DNA of 34,176 nucleotides from Trypethelium eluteriae (lineage: Eukaryota). The DNA is taken from NCBI GenBank assembly GCA_051942245.1, contig JAVECL010000234.1, positions 1 to 34,176 of the forward strand, given 5' to 3'. The position numbers were made by a program, and so were the translations under genes. Under the pieces are notes generated by a model. The model made no database searches and was not told the origin of the DNA. It saw nothing but the letters and a program-made list of their open reading frames with translations. Within the stretch, counting starts at the first letter, position 1; each line of letters begins with the position of its first letter. This document shows, piece by piece, positions 13,235-25,287 of this stretch.

Positions 13235-13784
13235 CGCGTCAACTTTGGCGCGAAGTGTCGCGACGCGACTTAGCCTACGTATAGAGCTAGTACGTGATAG
13301 TATTAGCGCAGAATGCACATGCAGTATTAGTAGATGCTGCAGGCTGCAACTACCTAACCCAAGTACACCGAGGTCCATCTCATGGTGTGAAATAAATTAC
13401 AGGCAATCAATCTCGCCTTGCTCAGCTCAGCCACGCCAGTGACATGGATTGCTAGGCTCTGACTTCATCACGGCAGCTGGCTGCAGCAGGGTAGGAATCC
13501 TTCTAAGACGGCATCTCTAATCGACTAATGAGGAAATGAAACTATCACGCGTTCGTCTCTGTGCTGCAAGAGCGCCGATAGTCCTTACTGATTATGTGCT
13601 CCGGCTTTCTCATGCAGTCTTGAGGCGTGGAAGTGACTAATTAAGTTGTTCTAGTCCGGTCCACAAGTAGACTGATTGCTGTGACCTACTGCAGCACCGT
13701 TACAAATCCCAGAAGGCTCTTCGGCGGAGTAGGCGGAGCTTTTGAAACGTATACCAGCTACTGTTCAAGCTTCACCACGAGAGA

Positions 13785-15545
13785 ATGGTTTTAAGCAGCT
13801 CGATCATTGACTTTGGAGATCCGTCGAACCGGTGGATGCTTGTAGTATGTGTGGTTTCGGCTCGGATATTTTATCAAGTCACTCTGGTGGTATATAACCT
13901 CTATGTCAGTCCACTGGCCAAGTTTCCTGGCCCAAAGTTGGCCGCAGCAAGTCATTGGTATGAAACCTACTACTCCCTACTCTACGAAGGGGGAGGTAGA
14001 TATTACCTTAAAATAACAGAATGGCATGAAAAATATGGTATGGCTCCTTCTACAGATGATCCTAGTAATGTGGGAGACTCAGCAGCTTCAGGTCCTATCA
14101 TTCGTATCAACCCCAATGAACTCCACATTCGAGATCCGGAATACTTTGAGACAATATACTCGCAAGGCAATGACATTGACAAAGTCGAATGGCAACGTTT
14201 CATGTTCTCAATTCCGTCTTCAATTGGCTCGACGGTTGAACACGATGTCCACCGCATACGCAAAGCGCCCCTTCTATCGTTCTTTTCGAAGGCTAGGGTT
14301 CAGCAACAGGCTCCTAATATCATCGCACGCTTAGAAACAATGTTCGACCGTCTTCGCAAAGAATATGTTGGAAAGGCAAAGCCTGTGAATCTGTGCGACC
14401 TATTTTCATGTTTCGCAGCAGATGTCATTACGCGGTATTCTTTTGGGAAATCATACGATTTCCTCGGCTATCCAGATTTCATTTGTCCCTTCTCTACAGC
14501 TGTCGCCGGCTTCAAGAAAGCGGGCCAAATATCCATCCAATTTCCAATCGTTCCAAGATTACTTCGCACGATTCCCGATCAATGGGTCTCAATCCTAAGA
14601 CCATCGTTCGCACCAGTTGCTAGCTTCAAGAAGGTGCGCACTGCCCCCTTGTCCATATTCGGGACGACCATTTCTCACTAGTTCTGGGTCATTTAGGAAG
14701 TTTTTCGACTGATTGCGGCCGAGAAAGCGAGAAAAGCAGATGGCAGCACGAAAGATACCGACCAGTCGATCTTTAGCCAACTCCTGGACTCTAATCTTCC
14801 TGCATCAGAGCTAGAATCCCATAGACTCATGGAAGAAGGCGTAGCAGTGATTGGCGCAGCAATCGATACAACAAAATGGTCAACTGTAGTGATCATTTTC
14901 CACATTCTTCAAAACCCAATTGTCTTGGAAAGAGTGCGTCAGGAATTGGACAAGGCGATTCCAGACCCTTCTTCATTACCGCCTTTAACCACTCTTGAGC
15001 AGTTACCATACTTCATGGCTTGCATTGAAGAAGGTACGTCTCCGCCCTACCTCTCGACCGCTGGCAAATCCCCAGTCTCTTCGGGGCGCTAAGGTTGCTT
15101 TGATATTACAGGCATCAGACTATCGTACGGCGGTTTTGTTCGATCACCGCGACGGCACCCCAAACCACTGCAATATCAGTCATGGACGATTCCGGCACGC
15201 ACGCCCATATGCACTGATGCCTGGACAATGCATCATGATGAGAATATATTCCCTGACTCCTTCAGCTTTCGCCCGGAGCGTTGGCTGAATGATCCCAAGT
15301 CACCGAGTGGAAAATCCCTCTCTCGGTATATCCTTGCCTTTGGTAAGGGCAGTCGCGTCTGCCTTGGAATGCAGTTGGCATACGCAGAGATGGAGTTGTC
15401 GCTCGCAGCACTGTTTCGGCAATTTGACCTTCAGCTTCATGAAACAACACGGAAGGACATTGACGTATACAGCGATGCACTTGGCCCTACTCCCCACCCA
15501 GATAGCAAAGGTCCGCGGGTTCTGATTCGCTCGAGGTCGGATTGA
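13785..15545 (+). CDS. Cytochrome P450 monooxygenase (trichodiene-oxygenase-like appearance), 4 exons
   Basis: N-terminal TM segment then SPLAKFPGPKLAA, GPIIRINPNELH, I-helix GAAIDTT, ExxR (EEGIR after splicing), PERW and heme motif FGKGSRVCLG. Introns 14038-14091, 14634-14696 and ~15033-15111. Confidence 0.96.
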
Positions 15546-15613
15546 TAGACGGAGCTCGAAACTCAAGCTAAAGATAGCCTAGATAGCGGAAAGATAGATT
15601 CATGCAAGGACAA

Positions 15614-16934
15614 TCAAGCCGGACGAATAGTAGAGTTGACCATGGCGTTTCGAGAAAGCAGAAGGTGCATGATCTCATCTGACCCATTCATCACTGCCAG
15701 ATGCAGCGCCGTCCACCCATTCCCATCCCTAATTTCCTTTTCTAGGGTCGCTGAGTCGAGCAGAGCAAGAACAATGTCTTTTCGCCCTGTGATCACTGCT
15801 GTATGGAGCGGAGCTTGGCCTTGGTCGTTCTTCAGATTGACATCGATGGGTACTCTTCTATTGCACTGTTCGGAGGATTCTTTATTTGGGTAAAGTAGAG
15901 TCTGAGTAATAGCTAAGTGACCGTTCTGAATAGCCACATGCAGTGCCGTTCGGCCCGAAGCGTCCTTCGTATTCGGGTTTGCGCCATAGTCCAGCAGGAT
16001 TTTGGCCGCAAAGTCGGCGCCTCTAGTAGCAGCCACGTGTAGTGGAGTCATTCCGTTGTCATCTCCGGTATGACCGAAAGACAAGCGTGCTCCGTCTCTA
16101 TTGTTGGGGCTCGCTGGACTGGTGGGGCTTTGTGATATCAGAGCCTGGCTCTCTTTTTCCTGGTCTGACAGATTCGTGATAGCATTTGTTTGGGACACAT
16201 TAGATATGAGATGATCCTGGGGATTTTGACCTTGGGTAGATGGGAGGAACCGTCCCTCTACCTCGTTTGGAAGGAGCTCGTCTTGGGTAAAGCACAATCG
16301 CTCGTCGAGAGAATGAGGAGAGCTATCGTGCTCCTCTCGTGTATTCATCTGATCGAAGATCGACTCCCATGATTCCGGACTCAGAGGGACCTGTACACGA
16401 GGATGCGCCTGAGAATCAGCGTCGCATTTTCCGATGTTCGGATGTACACAAGCAAGACTGTTAGGTGTTGGCACACCATTACTGTGGGATTGGGGTATGT
16501 CGATAGGGTCATGCGGATCCTTGGAAGCGATATCGGGGAAGTGAGGAGCTACTACAGATCCAATAGACTGTGGAAATGGATTTTGTGAAGGAGGATGCAA
16601 TTCCTCGCAATGATTTGTCAGATTTACTTCATTTTCTGCGTGAACATCTTCTGTCTCAAGCGCATTTTGGAGTGTTCCTGGGGTCTTCATGGGTAGAGTG
16701 GCGAGTGCAATGGCGCGCCATTTTTCGGATTCCTCAATTCGCTTCTTGAGTCGTTCACCTATGCCCAGTCAGTCACCTGCATTCATTGCGAACTTGAGAG
16801 GCGGGCGTACGGTAGGATCGCTGGGCTATACGATTCTGTGCCCTCTTCTTCTGGCGCGCGGCCGAAACTTCTTTCTTATACGAATCTTCTCTTGGTGGCG
16901 ATGACGGCATCGTTTCAAAGATACCATCTGACAT
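15614..16934 (-). CDS. bZIP-basic-region + C-terminal ankyrin-repeat transcription factor (bANK; ToxE/Aps2/Apf2-like)
   Basis: Exon 1 (16934-16811) reads MSDGIFETMPSSPPREDSYKKEVSAARQKKRAQNRIAQRSY. Intron 16810-16759 (GTACGC...CTGAC...TAG) joins it in frame to the 358-aa ORF. That ORF carries four ankyrin repeats (GMTPLHVAA, GRTALHVAI, GQAPLHTAV, GWTALHLAV). Confidence 0.92.
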
Positions 16935-18482
16935 TTCTGAAGACTTTCAGGTCTTCTCCCACGAGCCGTTCTTTTGCTGACAATTCGACATGGCGTCGCC
17001 AATGCATTTTGGGGATTTATTAAAAAGGCCATTTGTGCGTTGTCTAGAATGGTCAGGGTGCCTGCGCAGTACCGTACAGCACTCTAGGGACCGAGCTGCA
17101 TTAGAACGCTGTTGGCTACAAGGTCAACAGCCAGTCAAGCAGAGACGGGAGCAACGGTGGAACGTTCAGCATTACTGTGATTAGGGCGATTAGCGTAGAA
17201 GGCGGGAGGCTCCTTCCGTGCTCTACCTATCACGCCTACTTGACCAGATGATCTTGTGGAGAACGCCCGGGTCTGATAGTCTCCGTTGTTACGGAGTACC
17301 TAGCTATATACGGTGTACACCCTGGAGTCTACCTAGCCTTGTCTTAGGCAACGACCTCATTCTGGAACGCGATTGGCGTCGGGGCTAACCCGACCTGCAG
17401 GCCCCGCTTCCGTGCAGAGTAAGCGGCTACGTACTACCTACTCTCACGCCGTGGCTAAACTTGCAAAAGCTCTCCGCCCGGTGGCTCCTTCAGAAGCCTT
17501 GCAGAGCTGAGTGTGGGTATACATCAAGGTGGCGGGGGTAATCCGTCCGAAGATTCCTCGCCCAGAATCTGGACCCGCCTGTGCCACCGCACCTTTCTAC
17601 ACTACACCTCTCCAAATGGCCCCCACAGTGCAACGGCATTCGTGGATCGGCCTTGGATGACGTGCTCCCTGGTGGAGCATGCACCAAATGTAGTACGAGA
17701 TCAAGCTTGGCGATAAGGTCGATTCAGGCCAACTCGATCGGTTTTCAGTCTTCCGTGCTTCTACTGTAGCTAGATGTGGACTCATGGAAAGCTCCAGTGA
17801 ATGTCACCCTTTCCACAAAGTCCCAGAATCCCTCAACAACATAATTTAGCCTATTAATGCTTGCAAAGCTGTCAGCCGTCATGGCAGGCTTCAAGCTTTT
17901 ATGGCAACGGGCTCATGGAGGAGGCCAAGGTCAAGGCCCCTGAGTACTCTATGTACTTGCAACAACAACCCGGGAAGAGACCAACCTCCAGCTCAATATT
18001 AATTCCAGAAGAAGAGACGCCACAATAATCCATCGACAGGGCCTCTAGACCTTTGCCGTAGATACTGCCCTGCGTGCAGTGGTCTCGCGCCCTCACACAG
18101 CCTGGACGCTTTATGGTATCGGAGTTGGGATTCATGCAGATGAGCGGCACCTGATTGCTCGCTTCCTTGGCCGCATATACCTTTCCATCTTAGTCTGAGT
18201 GCAACACTTGTCTTTCATTTGCTTCTCTCTTCCTTCTTCCTTTTACCTTCGCGCTAAGATTCTTTCGCATTAAGAGTTAGTCATCTCACTGCAGCGGCTG
18301 CGGCATGTCCTTTTGCCGTAGTGGCCAACCATTGGTCGACCATTCTTGGGCTTGATGCATGTCAATCTCCCTTTTCACTCATCTTTCAGCTCGATTCTCT
18401 AGTTTCCGGCAGTCAGACAACTTCTCATAATCTTTGAAAAGTTGAAGCTTCAAGAAAAAAAGCATCAACCAGTGGCATACTC

Positions 18483-19805
18483 ATGGCGCAAAATTCGCAG
18501 AACTTCGACCGCCGTGTCAATCCATTAGGCGTTGGACTGTTTGCAGGAAGTCTTACTTTGTTCGTTCTCGCTGTGACTAGCGTCGCGGGTCGCTTGTGGA
18601 GCAGAAAGATCAAGAAGCAGAAATTGATGTGGAGCGATGCCCTCATTCTCTGTGCTATGGTGAGAGCAGATTCAGTACACTGTGTCAGGGCCATGAGCTT
18701 ATTGAGCGCATTTTAGGGATGCTCGATAGGCCTCATGGTGATTTTCGGCATGCGTGAGTAAAGACTGCATGTTTCCATGATTTTATACCAAGCTTACGAT
18801 GTGGAAAGTTGTTAAACACGGGCAAGGTCGTCATATTGAGAGTCTTATAGCCGAGCAAGGCATGGAAGGCTTTGCGAAAACTTCCGCGGAAATTCTCAAG
18901 GTTTCGATAACAAGTGCCCACAGCACTGACTGAAGGCTGACTCGTGTTCTAGATTGAAGCTCCCCTCTCAGACCTATGGGTGATTGCAGTAACCTGCGTT
19001 CGCATCTCAATACTGGAACTGTACATCACCATTTTCAACCACAAAAAATGGTTCAAGCTCGTCTGCCGAGGCTTCATGGGTCTTCAACTTGCTGGGATGG
19101 CGGTCGAGATGGCGCTAGTACATACTTACAAGCCTACTGCTCCTCAGGCCGTAGCTTGCTACCTAACTATTCACAGTCTCTTCCTGTTCCTGGATTTATC
19201 GATCGCTCTTCTCCCAACGCCTCTTATTTGGCAATTGAAGATGCAAACTCGGGCCAAGCTGCAAATTAGCATTCTCTTTGGTCTAGGTGCTTGGTAAGTA
19301 GGGAGATTTCGAGTTCCTGTTGATTGATGGCCTCTTGCTGATCTATTGAAGTGTCTGTGCCTGCTCTGCTTTGAGAATCGCTTGGGTTAACAAAATTCGC
19401 GCGCTTGACTTCACTTTTGCAACTACATGGCCATGGTTCTTTTGCCTCGTCGAACCGTTCTTAGGCATCACTTTGGCCAATCTGCCTTTAATCCAACCGT
19501 TAATGAGACGTCTCCACGAGATCATGGCACAATCTCAGACATGGCAGAAGCTCAAAAGCAGTTTGACATCGAGATTCCGCTCTGAAACCCTTTCCGACCA
19601 TTCCTTCGAATCTAATGGCTTCCAAAGACTGCGACGCGATAAGTCCAAACCGTCATCCGACGAGGAGAGTGGTTTCGAGTTGAGACAGGACTTTGCTTCA
19701 ACAGAGCTGGAGGTAGCTTCAAAGGGAATGGATTCAAAGATGAGCCCCGTTCCAAACCAGATTGAGGTGACAAGGTCTTGGAAAGTTCAAGAAGCCCCCA
19801 TCTAA
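18483..19805 (+). CDS. Pth11-like / fungal rhodopsin-domain integral membrane protein without CFEM, 5 exons
   Basis: Exons ~18483-18659, 18717-18753, 18809-18900, 18953-19293 and 19352-19805. Family motifs: WSDALIL, GQGRHI, RISILELY, DLSIALLPTPLIWQLKM...K...LFGLG, VEPFLGITLANLP. Confidence 0.88.
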
Positions 19806-20135
19806 AAAGTCTGTGAGCCAGCCTCATATCCAGATGTGATTCAATAGGGATCTTTCTGGACGAAGCGGCCACCTTCCAAAAACGTAGTAGTATGTATTGT
19901 GTATGTGTAAGGGTTTTGGAATTGATCCATATTATCACTTCTCAAGAAAAGGGCTAGAAATCATTAAATGTAAAACAGCCATTGTCAACTCATTGATCCG
20001 CACATGTTCCGGTGGGTCGTATGAAGGACATGTCGTCAAGTAAAAACCGCATAATTTTTTTTAAACACATTGGTAGGGGTAATTGGTACACTCTATCATT
20101 AATATACAAAACGTGGCGAAAACTCAGCCAGGCGA

Positions 20136-21915
20136 CTAAGATGGAACCGCTGTTCTACACAGTCGGCCGTCCGGACTCTCAATCCATTCGTCACTGGCAA
20201 CCGCAGTCCTAGCGTAGAAGAGACCATAGGGATCCCACGTCGTCTTAACACTCCTGAGTCGATCGTAGTTGGCGCCGTAAAAGTCTTCCTTCCATGTCTT
20301 CTGATATGGATTTGCTTCATTCAGATAAGAGCCGCTATCAGGCATGACGCTTCTCAACAAAGGATCGATGGAATTTGTGATCCTATCCTCCAAGGCAACA
20401 TTCTCGCTCCAGGACGAGTTGAAGTCCCAATTAGCAAAGGCAATCATTGAGTAAGCAGAGCGCCGCCAGGCTGGCAAGACGGCGTTGTCGGCTACAGCTC
20501 GAGAGGTATTTGAAACGTCCATCCCATTACCAAGCACCTGAAAGACGCCATCCTGCGTTATGTTACGAAGAGCAGATATCAATTCATCTAGGTTGCCCGT
20601 GAGCGTGGTCTTCGGAACGAGCCTCCCGCCTTGCACTTTAGACAACCACGGGAACCCGTAGGGAAGTGGTCCAAAATAGTTGGCGTAGTGCTCAAGCCAC
20701 GTCGGAAACAGGGTCAAAGTCAGGTTGTATGGCATACCCATAGCATCAAGGTCAGACTGCCAACCGGATAAAAGATTACGAACATCGTCCTTGGTATGAT
20801 CGGCCCATGTCAAAACGAATAATTCGAAGGAACGGTAACCTGCCAGATGTGCTGACGTCGCACCAGCTTCCATCCAGGAGTTGAAATGGGTATGGTAAGA
20901 TTTGACAGCGGCCCATATTTCGTCGTCGGTCGTTGCATTTGTGGGGGTCAAGGTGAGAGTTGCGCCAGCTACTGGTCCATCTGGCCATGCTTTCATCGTC
21001 ACAGAGAACACCACACCATAGGTGGATCCACCTCCTCCGGACAAGGCCCAGTAGAGGTCCGAGTTCTGGGTCGGAGATGCGGTGACGTGCTGGCCGTCAC
21101 CAGTAACCACTTCCCACTCCAACACGTTGTCAGCAGCTAGCCCATACTGAGAGCTCAAGAGAGAGTGGCCGCCGCCTTGGCTGTAGCCACCAGCAACGCC
21201 CACACCAGTGCACGATCCGGACAGTACCTTCAAGCCCTGGGCTGCAGCAGCCTGGACAAGTTCCCATCCCTCAATACCGGCGCCTAGCTTTACCGCCGGA
21301 CCCACATAGTACTCAGCAGTGTAATCGAGGAAGTCCAGGTTTTTGAGATTATAAGTCCAGATCCCCAGGGCACCGGCACCAGCAGATTTGCCCAAAAGAT
21401 CGTGTCCAGTGTTCTTGATAACAGTCCGCAAGTTGTGTTCTTGTGCAAAGGCCAGACCAGAAGCGATATCGGCAGGTGTCGACACATTTATGGCGAAACG
21501 AGCATTCTTGCCTATCGTGCAAGACGAATCTCGCGGTGTGTACGGTAGGCAAGAATTACCTTGGAATAGAGGGGCGAACACAGAGTAAGGAGATGGGAAG
21601 CTATCACAATCATCTTAGCTGGCAGTCAGTGGGTAGCATATGGAAAAGGACTACATACTTTGTTTCTACCCTCGGCCATGTTTCCTGAAGGATATTGCAC
21701 GCCTCTTCGTCATATCCTGGGTCATGGCATGGAGAACCCAAGGGAACAGTGGCGATTAGCTTTCCGCTGACGGTTGAATTCAATTTCGTCCAGGCGTCAT
21801 TTGATGGCCAACACGAATCTTCCGGCATGCATCGACAGGTGGAGGAAGCATTTTTAGGAAGACCGTTAACACAAAGGAGATGAACAATAAGAATAAGCAC
21901 AAAAAAGATCGACAT
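20136..21915 (-). CDS. FAD-linked oxidoreductase (berberine-bridge-enzyme-like / VAO family) with signal peptide
   Basis: Signal peptide MSIFFVLILIVHLLCVNG, then CRCMPEDSCWP, KNTGHD (FAD-His), GSCTGVGVAGGYSQGGGH, WALSGGGG and a C-terminal SYLNEA...FYGANYDRL...WDP BBE domain. Intron 21658-21601. Confidence 0.95.
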
Positions 21916-22846
21916 TGTTGCAGAGCACTGTAGAGAAGCAAGGAAAGGACTGTAGACTTGATGCTAAGACCCGCAATTATAAAAGTTCTACCCACCTCCA
22001 GGCTCCGAGTTGAGATACCGAAAAGAAAGTTTCTGAATAAGAAGCTGAATGTTGGCCCTACCTTCCCGCTTCATCGCTCAAGCCACACCAGTGTTAGATT
22101 ACCATTTTAGGCCATTGGAAGGTGGATAAATGCCTATGCCTTCATGCGCGGGAAGGCGAAGGTCGAATCACTGCCGCAAACAGATCTCCCCAACCAGGTA
22201 AAGATAGACAGCTGGGTCTCGTAAGAGGCATTCTGCCTGAATGAGGCCTAGTGCGTGCTATTCTGATCGGAACTTCACCAACCGTCGATCGACTTGGTTC
22301 TAGAGGCATGGCAATGTGGGTCTCGTGGCTCTTGAAAAGCTGACGATGGACATCGGCGCTAGATGCTCTGGCTGAGGAGAGGCTGAGGCCGTTGTGAGAA
22401 ATAGACGGTAAGACGTTGTGGATGTGTAGATGAGGTCGGCCCGACCCTAGGTTCTCTCCAATCAGCCACCCCGCGGTGCCACTATGCAGCATGAGTCAGG
22501 AGGCTGAGCACAGGCCTGACAGGCTACAGGACATACTAAGGTACGTTTGTCTGGGCTCAGCCACTAATAACCCAGCCAAGCACGACAAGTCCAAGGGATG
22601 AGAAGACAGCCTTGTTATGCCATACGCACCATGACAAACGCACCTCCTGACAAATACGCGGCTTGTGATAAACATTGATCACATCGACTGTACACAATCC
22701 CGTGCCCTACTACCAAAGTCCATCATCCGAGCGGATAGCCGAAAGGACCGCGAGGATTGGTCGCCCAGGAGATACCGAAATTCTCGAAAGTAGCTGCCGT
22801 ACCTGTCTAATTCTAGATCTGTATTCTCTCTACTTGCGTTTGCGCT

Positions 22847-23916
22847 ATGGCTCTCTGGAGCGTGTGGACGCAGTACTTTCCACCCAAGCCGTCTTTTACG
22901 GAAGCAAGCATACCCTCTCAAGAGGGTCGCATTGTTATCGTAACTGGCGGAAACGCCGGTGTCGGCTTCGAATTATGCAAGATGCTGTACGGCAGAGGGG
23001 CTACGGTCTACATGGGTGCGCGCTCAGAGGTTAGGCAGATCAATTGTTGTTTTTATGGTGGAAGTTATTGATCCCATTATCATAACAGGAACGCGCAACA
23101 GCTGCTATTCAACAGATCATTTCCGAAACACCTGCCAACACATTCAATGGCAAACTCAACTTCCTCGCCCTGGATCTAAATGATCTCGCAAGCGTCGAAG
23201 ATGCGGCTGCCGCATTTGCAGCCAAGGAGACAAAGCTCGATATTCTCTTCAACAACGCTGGTATTGGAGCTCTGTCCGTTCCCTATGGCTCGAAGACCGC
23301 GCAGGGCACTGAGGCCTTCATGGGCATCCATTGCGTCGGCCCTCTTCTCTTTTCCAAACTACTCTTGCCTCAGCTTCGCAAGGCTGTTCAATTATCCGAT
23401 TCAGAAAAGGTCCGCGTCGTGTGGGCTGGCAGCCTTCTAGCGGAAATGTCATCCCCAACCGACGGTGTAGATTTCGCTATCCTCGACGAAGGTCCCAAAA
23501 CCCGGATGGGAGCCTATTCCGCCACCAAAGCCGGGAATATTTTCCTTGCTGCAGAGTGGGCTCGACGGTATGGATCGGGCGAAGAAGCCATGATCAGCGT
23601 TGCTCAGAATCCCGGAAATTTGCGGACAAACATGTTTAAGGGAACTCCGGGATGGTGGATGATCGTCCTTAACCGCACGCTCTATCCAGCTAAATTTGGA
23701 GCCTACACCGAATTATATGCTGGTCTCTCGCCGGACATCACGTTGGATAGGAACGGCGCATACATTATGCCCTGGGGTAGAATCCAGGAGCATTTTCCGA
23801 GAAAGGACGTAGTTGAAGCCATGAAGCCGCAGGATCAAGGCGGAAAAGGAGCGCCAAAGAGATTTTGGGAATGGTGTGAAAGTAAGCATCGAGAGTTTGA
23901 GTCGAAGTCGAAGTAG
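22847..23916 (+). CDS. Short-chain dehydrogenase/reductase (retinol-dehydrogenase-like clade)
   Basis: VTGGNAGVG, LFNNAG, YSATK and NPGNL motifs. Intron 23030-23088. Confidence 0.95.
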
Positions 23917-25287
23917 TTTGTAACAACTTCATGGACGGCCTGTCATCGTGCCAATACACTGCGCCCGTGGCTTGTATTTGTAGGCTTGGAGTTCTGGGTG
24001 AAGCGTAGCAAAGGCTTTCAAGCGTAAATACAAATCCCTGAAGCAGACTGTTGAGACTTTCTTGTCTATCCGATTGGGTCTCAGAGTTTGAAAGATTCCC
24101 ATAATAATAAATGAGCGTCGTCTAGGGTTATGGGGTCCTGAAGTCGGTGTCTTTATCCATGCTTGAAGTATCACCTCTCTTCTCGGATGTTGTCAGTAAA
24201 CATCTCATCAGTGATAGCCACATTTGAAGTAGGCCTTCCTCCAACATTCAGAACCTAAGTGTGCTTCCCCAAATACAGGAATTTGCATTCCCTACAGTGT
24301 TGACTTAGTTAGCAAGTTGAAACGCCATTGCTGAAACATTAGCACTCGATGAAGTCAACACAGTGCGGAGTACCTAGGTGTACTTTTCCAAGGTATTATT
24401 ATGAGCCTTTCGCACACAAGCGGCCTCCACCATCCTCGCACGCCTACACTGTCGATTGTAATGGCAGTAGATTCCTTATCTCTAAGCCGCGTCAAGTTGG
24501 TGATAAAAATGGGCACAAGGGGTTCCCCCAGGGATCGCTAAAGGCAAAGCCATAGGAACACTACGCCAATTGTATAGACGGAGAGTATGGCAAACATAGT
24601 ACATGTTACCAGAGAGTGAAGTCGAGTACGCAGCTTCGAGGAAATCTGCTTTGCAACCAACGCCATGACACTCGGTAGAGTCGAACGACCCCTAACCACG
24701 GAGTTTGAGATGGACGGCAAAAATGCTATGAAAGCAGCGTCGAGGACGATTAGCCAAGCCCAGTGACCTTGCAGTGCTGCTTATGAGGCACCCTGCGAGC
24801 ACCAGCATAAATTGATACAGGCGACGATGGACCAATTGAAGCCCAGCGATCAAAATTCCCCGAGCACCAAGGATTTCCTGATTGCTAGAATCTAGATCTT
24901 GAGGCTAATTAACTGCACGATGACGTTGCGAATCCTCCACCGGAGAAAATCAAGCTTGCACCCTTGAATTTCAGGCCCCGTTCCATGACGGCTTCTATCA
25001 GACGGCCTGGTGACAGGACAATTGAACGATTGGCCGCAATGTGCGCGCAGGTCGCTATACTTTCTTCTCTTTTCTTCTTGTACAACATTACATCTAAGTA
25101 ACAAGAGTGTGAGGCTGGATGAATAGGAAGGCTGGTCCAGAGCACCATCTGTCATTGTTATTGGGTGCTACCTGCTTCCCTATTCAGAATCAACCCCAGG
25201 CCATTCGATTGATGCCGAATTTCTCTCACCTTCTCAATTGAACACATCGAATCATATCGCTGTCTTCTACCTCCATATCATTCCACC

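Noticed and set aside
16947..16991. Upstream ATG at 16991 as start of the bANK gene
   Set aside because: It hits TGA after 14 codons; at most a uORF. The ATG at 16934 gives the frame containing the basic region.
17033..18424. Several 60-85 aa ORFs in the TF/Pth11-like intergenic region
   Set aside because: No motifs, mutually overlapping on both strands; consistent with chance ORFs in a divergent promoter.
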